Positions 9,089 to 18,192 of a stretch of DNA of 64,000 bases are shown here, one piece after another; the first letter of the stretch is position 1, and every line of letters starts with the position of its first letter. The notes under the pieces were generated by a model, which saw only the letters and a list, made by a program, of their open reading frames with translations, was not told where the DNA came from and made no database searches. The position numbers and the translations under genes are program-made. This DNA is from Deltaproteobacteria bacterium (GTDB taxonomy: Bacteria; Desulfobacterota; Deferrimicrobia; Deferrimicrobiales; Deferrimicrobiaceae), in the NCBI GenBank assembly GCA_016218975.1, contig JACRCO010000037.1, forward strand, positions 203,757-267,756, written 5' to 3'.

Positions 9089-9418
9089 CTAAGCGGACTT
9101 TTTCAGCAGGTCTGCTATGTATTTATTCAGGCTCAAACCCTTGCGGGCAGCAGTCAGTGCAAGCCGGCGGTGCAATTCGGGGCCAATGCGAACATTGAAA
9201 CTGCCTTTTAATGATTTCTCCGGCTCGATCCCTCGTTTGCCACACATCTCCAGATAGTCATCGACCGACTCTTCAAACGCCTTCCTCAGTGAGGCCACAT
9301 CTGTTCCCTCGTAACTTACCAATGCCCGGATGAATTCGATTTTTCCGTAAAAGATCCGGTCCTCATCGTTGTAGCATACGGAACCGTAATATCCGAGATG
9401 GGTCATCATGTTTTTCAT
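9089..9418 (-). CDS. hicB: HicB family antitoxin
   Basis: GYYGSV...FYGKI...FEESVDDYLEMC...PEKSLKGSFNVRIGPELHRRL (RHH-type). ATGA overlap with hicA; lower GC than the flanks. Confidence 0.93.
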   Translation of the reverse strand: MKNMMTHLGYYGSVCYNDEDRIFYGKIEFIRALVSYEGTDVASLRKAFEESVDDYLEMCGKRGIEPEKSLKGSFNVRIGPELHRRLALTAARKGLSLNKYIADLLKKSA

Positions 9419-9669
9419 ATCAATCCTTCCCCCTTCAGGAGTTCCTCGACCTGCTCCACTTGATAACGCTTCAAAATCGGGGTTGGATGGGGCCGATGAA
9501 GGTTTATCTGCGGATAATCCGGGTGGGAAAAACGAACGCGTGATCCGCCGGTTTTCCCGATGCCCGCTCTGCTATATCCGAATCCCTCCAGCATTGCTAC
9601 GAGTTCGTTCCATGTGAAATCTTTCGGTCTGGAACGGAACCGTTGAATTAACTTATCGCGTTTTGTCAC
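9415..9669 (-). CDS. hicA: HicA family mRNA interferase toxin
   Basis: PKDFTWNEL...GFGY...GGSRVRF...LHRPHP. GTG start at 9669. Confidence 0.9.
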   Translation of the reverse strand: MTKRDKLIQRFRSRPKDFTWNELVAMLEGFGYSRAGIGKTGGSRVRFSHPDYPQINLHRPHPTPILKRYQVEQVEELLKGEGLI

Positions 9670-9675
9670 GTGTCG

Positions 9676-9720
9676 ATCATACCGTACAGGAAAAGCGGAT
9701 TGCAACTATTATTAGTTACA
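9676..9720 (-). promoter_or_regulatory. hicAB sigma70 promoter (leaderless) with overlapping operator dyad
   Basis: TTGCAA-N18-TATGAT-N6-GTG with no SD. Dyad TGCAACTA-TTAT-TAGTTACA (9701-9720) overlaps the -35. Confidence 0.6.
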
Positions 9721-9749
9721 CCCCATCACGGATGAGATACGTGAATATA

Positions 9750-9766
9750 TAAGGAACGTCCCCGTT
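9750..9766 (-). repeat. Repeat locus 1 right end (inverted Y')
   Basis: TAAGGAACGTCCCCGTT is the exact reverse complement of 9011-9027 (17 bp). Confidence 0.9.
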
Positions 9767-9781
9767 ATTAAGTATTCGTCG

Positions 9782-10558
9782 TTATTTTTTCTCGGACCAG
9801 AGTGTTTCGAGTTCCTGGTAGGACTTGGGGAATTCGGCCTGGTAACGCAGGAAGACGGGGACCGGGTATCGGACGCCGCCTGCGTGCGTCTTCTCAAGCC
9901 CCTCGACAACCTCTTCGCTCATTGCGAACGGAAAGGTGAACGCCATCTCGTCGTCGCCCGTCATGCCGAAGACCCTGTCGCCGAAGCATGGAAGGATGAC
10001 CTGCGGCTCACCGGTTTTTTTCCCTTTGATGACGATATCGGCGCAATCACCTCGGCCGGAAAAGTCGCTCTTGATGCTGCCGCCTTTCTTGTAGAGGCAG
10101 GCGTTGAGCAGCCTAAGCACCTGCGCGGAATTTCCGTAAACCAGTACGGTGTCGGGAATGAAGTTCGCGCGGCCGAGCGGACCGGCTACCACATGGGCAT
10201 ACTCGCCGTAGTCGTATTTCTCCAGTGCATCCTCGAACCTTGCGCCCGCCTCGCGGCAGGCGGCGTACATCCCCTCCGCCAGCGTCCCCGATGAATAGTA
10301 TTCGTTTCGTTCCTCGAAGCCGAACACGGCTTTCGCGATCGGGCAGGAAACGTCCGCACCGGACATCGCAACCGCCCAACCGTAACGGCGTGCGATGGAT
10401 ATCGCCTGGCAGACGGCGACCTTTACTCCAAGATGCTTCGATGGAATCTTAACCTTATCCGGAAGCGGCTCGCCGGGCTTGAAGGACTTTATTCCCACCG
10501 GGAAAGTATGCACGCGCAGATATTTTTCGAGTTGGGCGTTCAGCGTGGCGGCGTCCAT
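9782..10558 (-). CDS. DUF169 family protein
   Basis: FPVGIK, VCQAISIARRYG, SCPIA...FG, PDTVLVYGNSAQVLRL, CAD, PCFGDR. Confidence 0.8.
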   Translation of the reverse strand: MDAATLNAQLEKYLRVHTFPVGIKSFKPGEPLPDKVKIPSKHLGVKVAVCQAISIARRYGWAVAMSGADVSCPIAKAVFGFEERNEYYSSGTLAEGMYAACREAGARFEDALEKYDYGEYAHVVAGPLGRANFIPDTVLVYGNSAQVLRLLNACLYKKGGSIKSDFSGRGDCADIVIKGKKTGEPQVILPCFGDRVFGMTGDDEMAFTFPFAMSEEVVEGLEKTHAGGVRYPVPVFLRYQAEFPKSYQELETLWSEKK

Positions 10559-10601
10559 CGATCTTCTCCTTTTCGGGGAACATTATCCCGCTTTTTCTCA
10601 G

Positions 10602-11879
10602 TCAATCCCACTTTCGTGCGTCGATGATTTTCTTTTCCCGCTCGGTCATCTCCGATTCCTGCAGAAATACGACCTCGCCCCGCAGGCGCGTCAACTCCCG
10701 CGCGGTCTCGGCGATCCTCTCCCGGAGCGAGTCCGAGGAAGCCGCACCGGCGGCGAGCAGCGCGCGGATCTCCATTTTATCCTCGTGACCTGCCCGGGAA
10801 ACCACGATCTGCGCGGCGGATATTTCCGGAACCTTCCTTTCGAGCTGCATCACCTGTTCGGGATGGACGAACATCCCCTTGATCTTGGTCACCTGGTCCA
10901 CCCTTCCCACGATACGTACGAGGCGGGAGGAGGTTCGGCCGCAACGGCACGTTTCTTCGGTGCGGATGGAAAGGTCTCCGGTGGCGAAACGGACAAGCGG
11001 ATAGATCGTGTTCGGCAGGGTGACGACAACCTCGCCGATCTCGCCGGGCCCGACGGTCTTGCCGGAAGCGGGGTCGAGGAGCTCCATCACGATCTCGTCG
11101 TTGATGTGCATTCCGTTCGCCTCGTGGCACTCGTATGCGAGCGATCCCACATCGGCAGTACCGTATGCCTGTCGGACCCGGATACCGAATTCCTCCCTGA
11201 ACCGTTTGCGGAGCGATTCCGGCAGCATCTCCGCGGCGACCAGCGCGACCTGGAGCATCAATCCGTCCCCGGGCGTCACACCCATCTCCCTGGCCTTCTC
11301 CAGAATGGACATCAGGAACGACGGCGTCCCGACGTACCCGGTGACGGACAGGTCCCTTAAAACCTGCGCCTGCATCTCGGTGTTGCCGACACCGGCCGGG
11401 ATCACGGTGCAACCGATCCGGATCAGCGCTTCGTCGAACATCAAGCCCGCCGGAGAAAAGTGATACATGAACGTGTTCTGGACGATATCGCCCTCGCGGA
11501 AACCTGCGGCCACGAAAGCCTTCTCCCATCGCCAGTGGGTCCCGTCCCTCCCTTCAGGATCGTAGGTCGGGCCCGGCGATACGTAAATGCGGCGCATTTG
11601 ACCCGGCTCCACGGAAGCCAGGCCGCCGAACGGCGGTTCCGCTTTCTGGATGTTTTTCAGGTCCGCTTTCCGGGTCAGGGGGATTTTATTCGAATCGGTG
11701 ACGTCCTTTACGTCCTCCGGCCGTACGCCCGCCTCGTCCATCTTCTTGCGCGTTCCCGGAGCCTTCTCGTAGGCGTATCGCACCGTTTCCCGGAAGATCC
11801 GGTTCTGGTATCCCGCCCGGTCCTTCGGCGACATCTTCTCCTGCTCTTCGTAATAGAACCCGCGCGTCCGGTCGATCAT
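10602..11879 (-). CDS. Phenylacetate-CoA ligase-like (PaaK family) protein
   Basis: IPLTRKADL, YVGTPSFL, QAYGTADVG, RFATGDL, GRVDQVTKIKGMFVHP. P-loop is degenerate. Confidence 0.85.
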   Translation of the reverse strand: MIDRTRGFYYEEQEKMSPKDRAGYQNRIFRETVRYAYEKAPGTRKKMDEAGVRPEDVKDVTDSNKIPLTRKADLKNIQKAEPPFGGLASVEPGQMRRIYVSPGPTYDPEGRDGTHWRWEKAFVAAGFREGDIVQNTFMYHFSPAGLMFDEALIRIGCTVIPAGVGNTEMQAQVLRDLSVTGYVGTPSFLMSILEKAREMGVTPGDGLMLQVALVAAEMLPESLRKRFREEFGIRVRQAYGTADVGSLAYECHEANGMHINDEIVMELLDPASGKTVGPGEIGEVVVTLPNTIYPLVRFATGDLSIRTEETCRCGRTSSRLVRIVGRVDQVTKIKGMFVHPEQVMQLERKVPEISAAQIVVSRAGHEDKMEIRALLAAGAASSDSLRERIAETARELTRLRGEVVFLQESEMTEREKKIIDARKWD

Positions 11880-11935
11880 TGAAAACTCCTCTCCGGCTTA
11901 AGAGGAACACTATGAATCGGGAAAAAATAAACTTA

Positions 11936-12082
11936 CAAACAGGGACGTTCCTGAACTTTTTCGATCAAGAAATTATAAACTTTACCAAGAAAAAAGTTCA
12001 GGAACGTCCCTGTTTGCAGGTAAATTATCGTTGTTCGAAACTTTTTAAGAACGTCCCTGTTTTTAAGAGTGTCCCTGTTTTT
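11936..12082. repeat. Repeat locus 2: 26-bp perfect inverted repeat plus two tandem X copies
   Basis: CAAACAGGGACGTTCCTGAACTTTTT (11936-11961) and its reverse complement (11991-12016), 29-bp spacer. 12042-12064 is the exact reverse complement of 8982-9004; a degenerate copy extends to 12082. Confidence 0.92.
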
Positions 12083-12090
12083 GCGCTTAG

Positions 12091-12885
12091 TTACGAGAGC
12101 CAGCGTTTGCGGCGTTTGTAGTGTTTGATGTCGCGGTAGGATTTCCGGGCGCCGACTTCGTTCATGCCGAGGTAGAACTCCTTGACGTCCTCGTTGTTCG
12201 CCAGTTTTTCCGTCTCCCCGTCGAGGACGACCTTTCCGTTCTCCATGATATAGCCGTAGCTCGAAATGGAGAGGGCTACGCGGGCGTTCTGCTCCACGAG
12301 AAGGATCGTCGATTTCTCCTTTTCGTTTATGTCCTTGATTATAGCGAAGATCTCCTTCACAAGGAGAGGCGACAACCCGAGAGACGGCTCGTCAAGAAGC
12401 ATCAGCTTCGGCCGGGCCATGAGCGCCCTCCCGATGGCCAGCATCTGCTGCTCGCCGCCGGACAGGTACCCGGCCAGCCCCTTCCGGCGCTCCTTCAGGC
12501 GTGGAAAATAGGTGTAGACCCGCTCGTAATCCCCTTTGACGTTCTTCCCGTCCTTCCGCGTATACGCTCCGCACCGCAGGTTCTCCTCCACCGTCAGGTC
12601 CTCGAACACCCTGCGGCCTTCCATCACCTGGAAGATCCCCCGCCGGACGATATCCTCCGCGTCGCGCCCGTTTATCTTCTCCCCCTCGAAAAGGATCTCT
12701 CCGTCGGTCACCTCTCCCTCCTCGGACTTGAGGAGGCCGGAGATCGCCTTGAGGGTTGTGCTCTTTCCCGCGCCGTTCGCCCCCAGGAGCGCCACGATCT
12801 GCCCCTGCGGCACGACGAGAGAGAGCCCCTTGAGCACCAGGATAACGTCCGAGTAGATCACCTCTATGTTGTTCACTTTAAGCAT
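12091..12885 (-). CDS. livF: ABC transporter ATP-binding protein (LivF-like)
   Basis: GANGAGKST, LSGGEQQM, LLDEPSLGL, LVEQN. Confidence 0.9.
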   Translation of the reverse strand: MLKVNNIEVIYSDVILVLKGLSLVVPQGQIVALLGANGAGKSTTLKAISGLLKSEEGEVTDGEILFEGEKINGRDAEDIVRRGIFQVMEGRRVFEDLTVEENLRCGAYTRKDGKNVKGDYERVYTYFPRLKERRKGLAGYLSGGEQQMLAIGRALMARPKLMLLDEPSLGLSPLLVKEIFAIIKDINEKEKSTILLVEQNARVALSISSYGYIMENGKVVLDGETEKLANNEDVKEFYLGMNEVGARKSYRDIKHYKRRKRWLS

Positions 12886-12919
12886 GCAATCCCGCCCGCC
12901 GTAGGATTTCCGGGAGATC

Positions 12920-12941
12920 GGGGGGAGGATATCCTCCCCCC
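12920..12941. other. Perfect 22-bp palindrome just 3' of the substrate-binding protein gene (likely mRNA-stabilising stem-loop)
   Basis: GGGGGGAGGATATCCTCCCCCC; no U-tract; lies inside the operon. Confidence 0.6.
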
Positions 12942-12957
12942 TGCGCCCGTTGACGCT

Positions 12958-14130
12958 TTACAGCCCGAGCCACTCCATCTTGCGCGGAAGCTCGATCGTC
13001 TTCTTCAGGACCAACTTTCCTTTCTGGTACTCGTAGATCTTCGCCGACATATTCGGACGATGATCCTTCGGATCGAAGGTGATCCTGGAGGTCAGCCCGC
13101 CCGTGTCGAAATTCTTGATCGACTCGAGAGCCGCCTTTACGCCGGGGCCGTTAAGCTGGCCCTTCTTGTCCGCGATCTTCAGGGCTTCGCAAAGGACCAT
13201 CATGGAGACCCAGCCGCGGACGTAATGGGTGTTCTGGTACTGGTTCTTCGTGATCTCCTTGATGAGCTTCATGCCGGGAACGTTTTCGCCGTAAAGCGCT
13301 GCGGCCTGCAGACCCAGCGCTCCATCGGCCGCGTCGCCCGCCATCTTGAAGAGGTCTTCGTCGTTCCCCCAAAGGTTTACGAAGAACTTCGTCTTGAGGC
13401 CGAGCTTCTTGGCGTCCTTAAGGATGACCGCCGTGGAAGGAGTCGTCCCGCCGATCCATGCGAAGTCGGCGCCCTTGCTCTTGAGCGACAGCATCTGTGA
13501 GTTCGCCTCGATGGCCTTCAGCCCGACTTCCTCGTCGCCCACGATTTCGAACCCGAGTTCCTTGGCGTATTCCTTCCCGCCCTTGATGGGAGCGATGCCG
13601 TAGGGAACGTTCGGGTAGATGAACGCCACCTTGGGTTTACGCTTCTCTTTCCAATTGTCCTTGATGTACTTCAGTCCCGCGCGAAGCTGCGTAGTGTAGT
13701 CGGCGGCGATGAAGAAGTTGTATGGGGCCTTAGACATGTCCATAAGGTGCGCGGAATAGGACGCGGATATGTAGGGGATCTTGTCCTGCGCGACGAAGCC
13801 GGTGAGCGCCTCGGTGTCGCCCGAGCCCCAGCCCTGGACCGCAACGACCTTCTCTTCAACGTATTTCTTGTACTGGTTGATCGCCTTGTTCTTGTCGTAA
13901 GCGTAGTCGAACATCAGCATGTCGATCTTCTTGCCGTTGATCCCGCCCTTGCCGTTGATGTAATTCTTGTAGTCCTGGATCCCCTTGGCGTAAGGGTTGC
14001 CGACCGAAGAGGTCGGGCCGGTCAGGTCTGCGAGGTGCCCCACCTTGATGTCGGCGGCCGTTGCCACGCCTGCGGCGAGGAACAGCGCACATGCCACGAC
14101 GGCGGCGATCCGGATCGTTCCCTTTCTCAT
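12958..14130 (-). CDS. ABC transporter substrate-binding protein (Liv/PBP1 family)
   Basis: Signal peptide (ATA|AD), IKVGHLADLTGPTS, GGINGKKI. ATG after GGAGGGGAG. Confidence 0.92.
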   Translation of the reverse strand: MRKGTIRIAAVVACALFLAAGVATAADIKVGHLADLTGPTSSVGNPYAKGIQDYKNYINGKGGINGKKIDMLMFDYAYDKNKAINQYKKYVEEKVVAVQGWGSGDTEALTGFVAQDKIPYISASYSAHLMDMSKAPYNFFIAADYTTQLRAGLKYIKDNWKEKRKPKVAFIYPNVPYGIAPIKGGKEYAKELGFEIVGDEEVGLKAIEANSQMLSLKSKGADFAWIGGTTPSTAVILKDAKKLGLKTKFFVNLWGNDEDLFKMAGDAADGALGLQAAALYGENVPGMKLIKEITKNQYQNTHYVRGWVSMMVLCEALKIADKKGQLNGPGVKAALESIKNFDTGGLTSRITFDPKDHRPNMSAKIYEYQKGKLVLKKTIELPRKMEWLGL

Positions 14131-14292
14131 TCTCCCCTCCTTCAACTTGTGGTTGGTGCCGGTTTCATCCGGCGTAAAATTCCCTTTGCCGTGGTGCCGT
14201 TCCGTCCACATTTACCGTCCCCGTACCCCCTTTCCCTTAAGGTTTTTTCCCCCATTGGATGTGACGCCAAGGTTGTACGCTCGATAGCACGC

Positions 14293-15339
14293 TCAATACG
14301 AAAACGGGTACAGCTTCCAGTAGGCCTTGATCATTTTCCACCGGTGGGCCAGACCGTCGGGCTCGAAGATCAGGAACAGGACGATGATCAGCCCGAATAT
14401 CCCGTGCTCGAAGGCGATCGCAAGCTTCGCGATGCTCGGCAGGTCGGCCTGCACGATCTCAGTCACAACCGACAGGACTTTCGGCAGCAGGATCATGAAC
14501 ACTGCTCCGAACACCGAGCCGATGATGCTTCCCAGCCCGCCGATGATGATCATCGCGAGATAGACGACGGAGACTTCTATATTGAACTGCTCCGACGTGA
14601 CGAACTTAAGCGAGTGACCGAACAGCGCCCCCGCCACACCGGCATAAAACGATGAGATGCCGAACGAAAGCAGGCGGTACTTGAAGAGGCTTATCCCCAT
14701 GATCTCCGCGGAGATGTAATGGTCGCGCACCGCCATGAATGCACGCCCCGTCCGTGTGCGCATCAGGTTCGTCGCGAACAGGATCATCAGGACCGTGATT
14801 GCCAGGACAATGTAGTAATAGGAAAGGTCCGAAGCGAACGTGAACTCGCCGATCGACGGGCGCGGAATCGTAATACCGTAACTGCCGCCGGTCACCGCCT
14901 CCCACCGGATGAATATCCACTCCAGTATGAACTGGGACGCCAGAGTCGCGATGGCAAGATAAAGACCTTTGAGGCGCAATGAAGGGATCCCGAACACCAT
15001 GCCGCACAGGGCCGTGACGACGCCCGCAGCCGGGACGCCGACCCAGAATGAGAGCCCCATCTTCGCCGTGATGTATGCCGACGTGTAGGCCCCGACTCCG
15101 AGAAACGCTCCCTGCCCGAGGGAAATCTGCCCGGTGAATCCGGTGAGGATGTTGATGCCGACGGCCCCGATCGAAGCGATCAGGATCTGGAGGAGGATCC
15201 AGAGATACTCTCCCTTGAGCATGTGCGGCAAGACAAGGAGGAACGCGAGGAACAGCCCCATGCAGACCTTGATGAAAGGAGTCTGTAAGATCTCCGCGTC
15301 CTTCTCGTAGGATGTTCGATAGTCTCCGCAATAATGCAT
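14293..15339 (-). CDS. livM: ABC transporter permease (LivM-like)
   Basis: GFTGQISLGQGAFLGVGAY, LRLKGLYLAIATLA, IIGGLGS. Confidence 0.9.
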   Translation of the reverse strand: MHYCGDYRTSYEKDAEILQTPFIKVCMGLFLAFLLVLPHMLKGEYLWILLQILIASIGAVGINILTGFTGQISLGQGAFLGVGAYTSAYITAKMGLSFWVGVPAAGVVTALCGMVFGIPSLRLKGLYLAIATLASQFILEWIFIRWEAVTGGSYGITIPRPSIGEFTFASDLSYYYIVLAITVLMILFATNLMRTRTGRAFMAVRDHYISAEIMGISLFKYRLLSFGISSFYAGVAGALFGHSLKFVTSEQFNIEVSVVYLAMIIIGGLGSIIGSVFGAVFMILLPKVLSVVTEIVQADLPSIAKLAIAFEHGIFGLIIVLFLIFEPDGLAHRWKMIKAYWKLYPFSY

Positions 15340-15371
15340 CCGCTAACCCCTTGGGCAGTTTGCCTGCAATT

Positions 15372-16268
15372 TCATACCCGCTCGATCTCCTTGGTTCCGA
15401 ACAGTCCGTACGGCTTGATCATAAGGATTATGACCAGGAATACGAACGGCGCGACTTCCTTCACGCCGCTCAAGTCGAAGTAGTTCTTGCATATTCCGTC
15501 CGACAGGTTTTCGAGGAGCCCTATGATCAGCCCGCCCAGCGCCGCGCCGAGGATGGAATCGAGCCCTCCCAGGATCGTGGCCGGGAAAACCTTGAGCCCG
15601 AAGTGGTAGAGGGAGCTGTTGATTCCGTTGATGTTGCCGATAAGCACCCCGCCGATCCCGGAGACGACCGCGGAGATCACCCAGGACAGCGCGAAGATCT
15701 GCTTGACGGAGATCCCCATCGACTGTGCGACCTGCTGGTTGAAGGCGGTGGCCCGCATCGCGACGCCCGCCTTGGAATATTTGAAGAAGAGCGAGAAGAC
15801 CGCCAGGAGGAACAGCGACAGGACGAAGCACCAGACGAACTCCTGGGAGATGGGGAGGCCGCCGATTTCGATCATCTGCTGCGGGAAGAGCTTCGGCTCG
15901 TAGACGAGGATCTCCGTCCCCCATATGGCCGAAACGATGGACCTGAACACGAGGGCAAGCCCGATTGTGACCATGATGATGGAGATGATCGGCTCTCCGA
16001 TCATGGGCCTGAGGATCAACCTCTCAAGGAAAAGCGCGAGGACCATTGCGAACGCGATCGTCAGCAGCAACGCCGCCCAGAATGGGATGCCCATCTGCAC
16101 CACGAAGGCGAAGCAAACATATGCGCCCACCATCAGAAGCTCGCCCTGCGCGAAGTTCACGACTCGCGTCGCCTTGTAGATGATCGTGAACCCCAGCGCC
16201 ACGGCCGCGTAGATGCTGCCGATGACCAACCCGCTGATGACGAGCTGAAGCAGGTATTGCGTCGTCAT
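15372..16268 (-). CDS. livH: ABC transporter permease (LivH-like)
   Basis: GSIYAAVALGFTIIY, NFAQGE, ILGGLDS, KPYGLFG. Confidence 0.9.
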   Translation of the reverse strand: MTTQYLLQLVISGLVIGSIYAAVALGFTIIYKATRVVNFAQGELLMVGAYVCFAFVVQMGIPFWAALLLTIAFAMVLALFLERLILRPMIGEPIISIIMVTIGLALVFRSIVSAIWGTEILVYEPKLFPQQMIEIGGLPISQEFVWCFVLSLFLLAVFSLFFKYSKAGVAMRATAFNQQVAQSMGISVKQIFALSWVISAVVSGIGGVLIGNINGINSSLYHFGLKVFPATILGGLDSILGAALGGLIIGLLENLSDGICKNYFDLSGVKEVAPFVFLVIILMIKPYGLFGTKEIERV

Positions 16269-16278
16269 GCCGTCCTCC

Positions 16279-18186
16279 TCACAGGTCCTTCACGACGAGA
16301 GTCGTCTTGATGTTCGATGTCTTGCCGTCCTGGTACTTGATCACGGCGTCGATCGGGATCGACATCTCGCCCGCGTACATCCCCTCGATCACGTGCTTGT
16401 ACCGCTCCCCCACGAATGCGCGCCGGACCTTCCGCGTGCGGGTCAGCTCGTCGTCGTCGGCGTCCAGCTCCTTGTACAGCAGGCAGAACTTCTTGATCCG
16501 CGTGGTAGCGGGAAGCGTCTCGTTGACTTTCGCGGTCTCCTTCATGATCAGGTCGACGACCTCGGGCTTGGAGGCGAGGTCGGTGTATGTCGTGTAGGAG
16601 ATACGGCGGCTTTCCGCCCATTTACCCACGTTGGGATAATCGATGCAGATCATCGAGGCGATGAAGTCCCGCACGTTCCCAAGGCAGACGCATTCTTTTA
16701 TGTAAGGAGAGAATTTCAGCTTGTTCTCGATGAATTGGGGAGAGAACCTCGTCCCGTCGTTCAGGTGCATGACGTCCTTGACGCGGTCGATGACGATCAG
16801 GTGCCCGTCTTCGTTGAAGTACCCGGCGTCGCCGGAGTGCAGCCATCCGTCGGAGAGAGTCTTCTCCGTCTCCTCCGGGTTCTTGTAGTAACCCAGGAAA
16901 ACCGACGGGCTGCGCGAAAGGATCTCGCCGGAATCGGACAGGGCGATTTCCGTTTCCGGGATCGGCTTGCCCACGGAATCGAAATTGATGTCGCCGTCCC
17001 GGTGGATGCAGGAGATTCCCGAGATCTCGGTCTGCCCGTATATCTGCTTGAGGTTCACGCCCATCGCGTTGAAGAACTTGAAGACGTCCGGGCCCAATGC
17101 GGCCCCGCCGGTAGACGCGGTGCGGATCCGCAGGAGGCCCAGCCGGTCCTTCAGGGCGCGGAACACCAGGTAATAGGCGAGCCGGTGGCGCACCAGGAGC
17201 CCGGCGGACGGCTTCCGTTTCCTGAAGATGGTGTCGGCGTATTCGTAGCCGACGGGCACCGCCCAGTGGTACATCGCACGCTTTAGCCAGGAGGCGTCCA
17301 TCACCTTCACCTGGACCGTGGAGGTCATGTTTTCCCAGATACGGGGGGGAGAAAACATGATCGTGGGGCCGACCTCGCGGATGTTCTCCTGCACCGTCTC
17401 CGGCTTCTCCGGGAAGTTCACCGTGAAGCCCGTGAGCAGCGCGCTGGAAAGGCACATCATCTGCTCGCCGATCCACGCCAGCGGAAGGAAGGAGACGAAC
17501 TCGTCCTTTTCCCCCTTGTGATCCACCTCCATCAGGTTCGCGGCCATCGTGAGCAGGTTGCGGAATGACAGCATCGCCCCTTTGGGAAAACCCGTCGTGC
17601 CGGACGTGTAGCAGATTAGCGCAAGGTCCTCGAGCTTCGTCTCGGCGATCTTCTTCTCGTAGAGCCCGGGCTCCTTCTGCTCCAGTTCCCGCCCGAAGTT
17701 CTCCACTTCCTTGAAGTCGAGGAGGTACGGCTCCTTGTAGCCTCGCATCCCCCGCGGATCGCTGTAGACGATGTACCGGACCTTCGGGAGCTGCTCCTTC
17801 ATGTCGAGGATCTTGTCCACCTGCTCCTGGTCCTCGGCCACCACGAACGTGGAATCGGAATGGTCGATGACGTAGGCGACCTCCTTGAGCGTAGAATCCT
17901 GGTACAGGCCGAGCGGGATCGCCCCTGCCGCCTGCGCGGCGACTTCGGCCCATACCCACTCGGGCCTGTTGTCCCCGATGATCGCGACCTTGTCGTTGGG
18001 AGCCAGCCCCAACGAAACCAGCCCCAGCGAGAAATACTTCACGTGCTCGTGGTATTCCTTCCAGGTGAACTCCTGCCAGATGCCGAACTCCTTCTCGCGC
18101 ATGGCGATCTTTTTGTCTCCGAGCCGCTCGGCGTTGCGGGCGAGGAGCTTCGGGAACGTATCGTGACGGGCCAGGATTTCCTTCAT
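16279..18186 (-). CDS. Long-chain acyl-CoA synthetase (AMP-forming)
   Basis: YTSGTTGFPKG, YGQTE, GWLHSGDAG, IDRVKD, ELTRTRKVRR. Confidence 0.93.
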   Translation of the reverse strand: MKEILARHDTFPKLLARNAERLGDKKIAMREKEFGIWQEFTWKEYHEHVKYFSLGLVSLGLAPNDKVAIIGDNRPEWVWAEVAAQAAGAIPLGLYQDSTLKEVAYVIDHSDSTFVVAEDQEQVDKILDMKEQLPKVRYIVYSDPRGMRGYKEPYLLDFKEVENFGRELEQKEPGLYEKKIAETKLEDLALICYTSGTTGFPKGAMLSFRNLLTMAANLMEVDHKGEKDEFVSFLPLAWIGEQMMCLSSALLTGFTVNFPEKPETVQENIREVGPTIMFSPPRIWENMTSTVQVKVMDASWLKRAMYHWAVPVGYEYADTIFRKRKPSAGLLVRHRLAYYLVFRALKDRLGLLRIRTASTGGAALGPDVFKFFNAMGVNLKQIYGQTEISGISCIHRDGDINFDSVGKPIPETEIALSDSGEILSRSPSVFLGYYKNPEETEKTLSDGWLHSGDAGYFNEDGHLIVIDRVKDVMHLNDGTRFSPQFIENKLKFSPYIKECVCLGNVRDFIASMICIDYPNVGKWAESRRISYTTYTDLASKPEVVDLIMKETAKVNETLPATTRIKKFCLLYKELDADDDELTRTRKVRRAFVGERYKHVIEGMYAGEMSIPIDAVIKYQDGKTSNIKTTLVVKDL

Positions 18187-18192
18187 CGCTTT

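Noticed and set aside
8982-12082. Repeat family as a CRISPR array or integron attC sites
   Set aside because: Copies are in mixed orientation with irregular spacing, there are no cas or intI genes, and no RYYYAAC...GTTRRRY boxes are evident.
11879-12121. 80-aa ORF across repeat locus 2, and the N-terminal extension of M24 to 9041
   Set aside because: These are translations of the repeats (KNVPVF, GTFLNF) without coding features; the M24 SD and ATG are at 8972.
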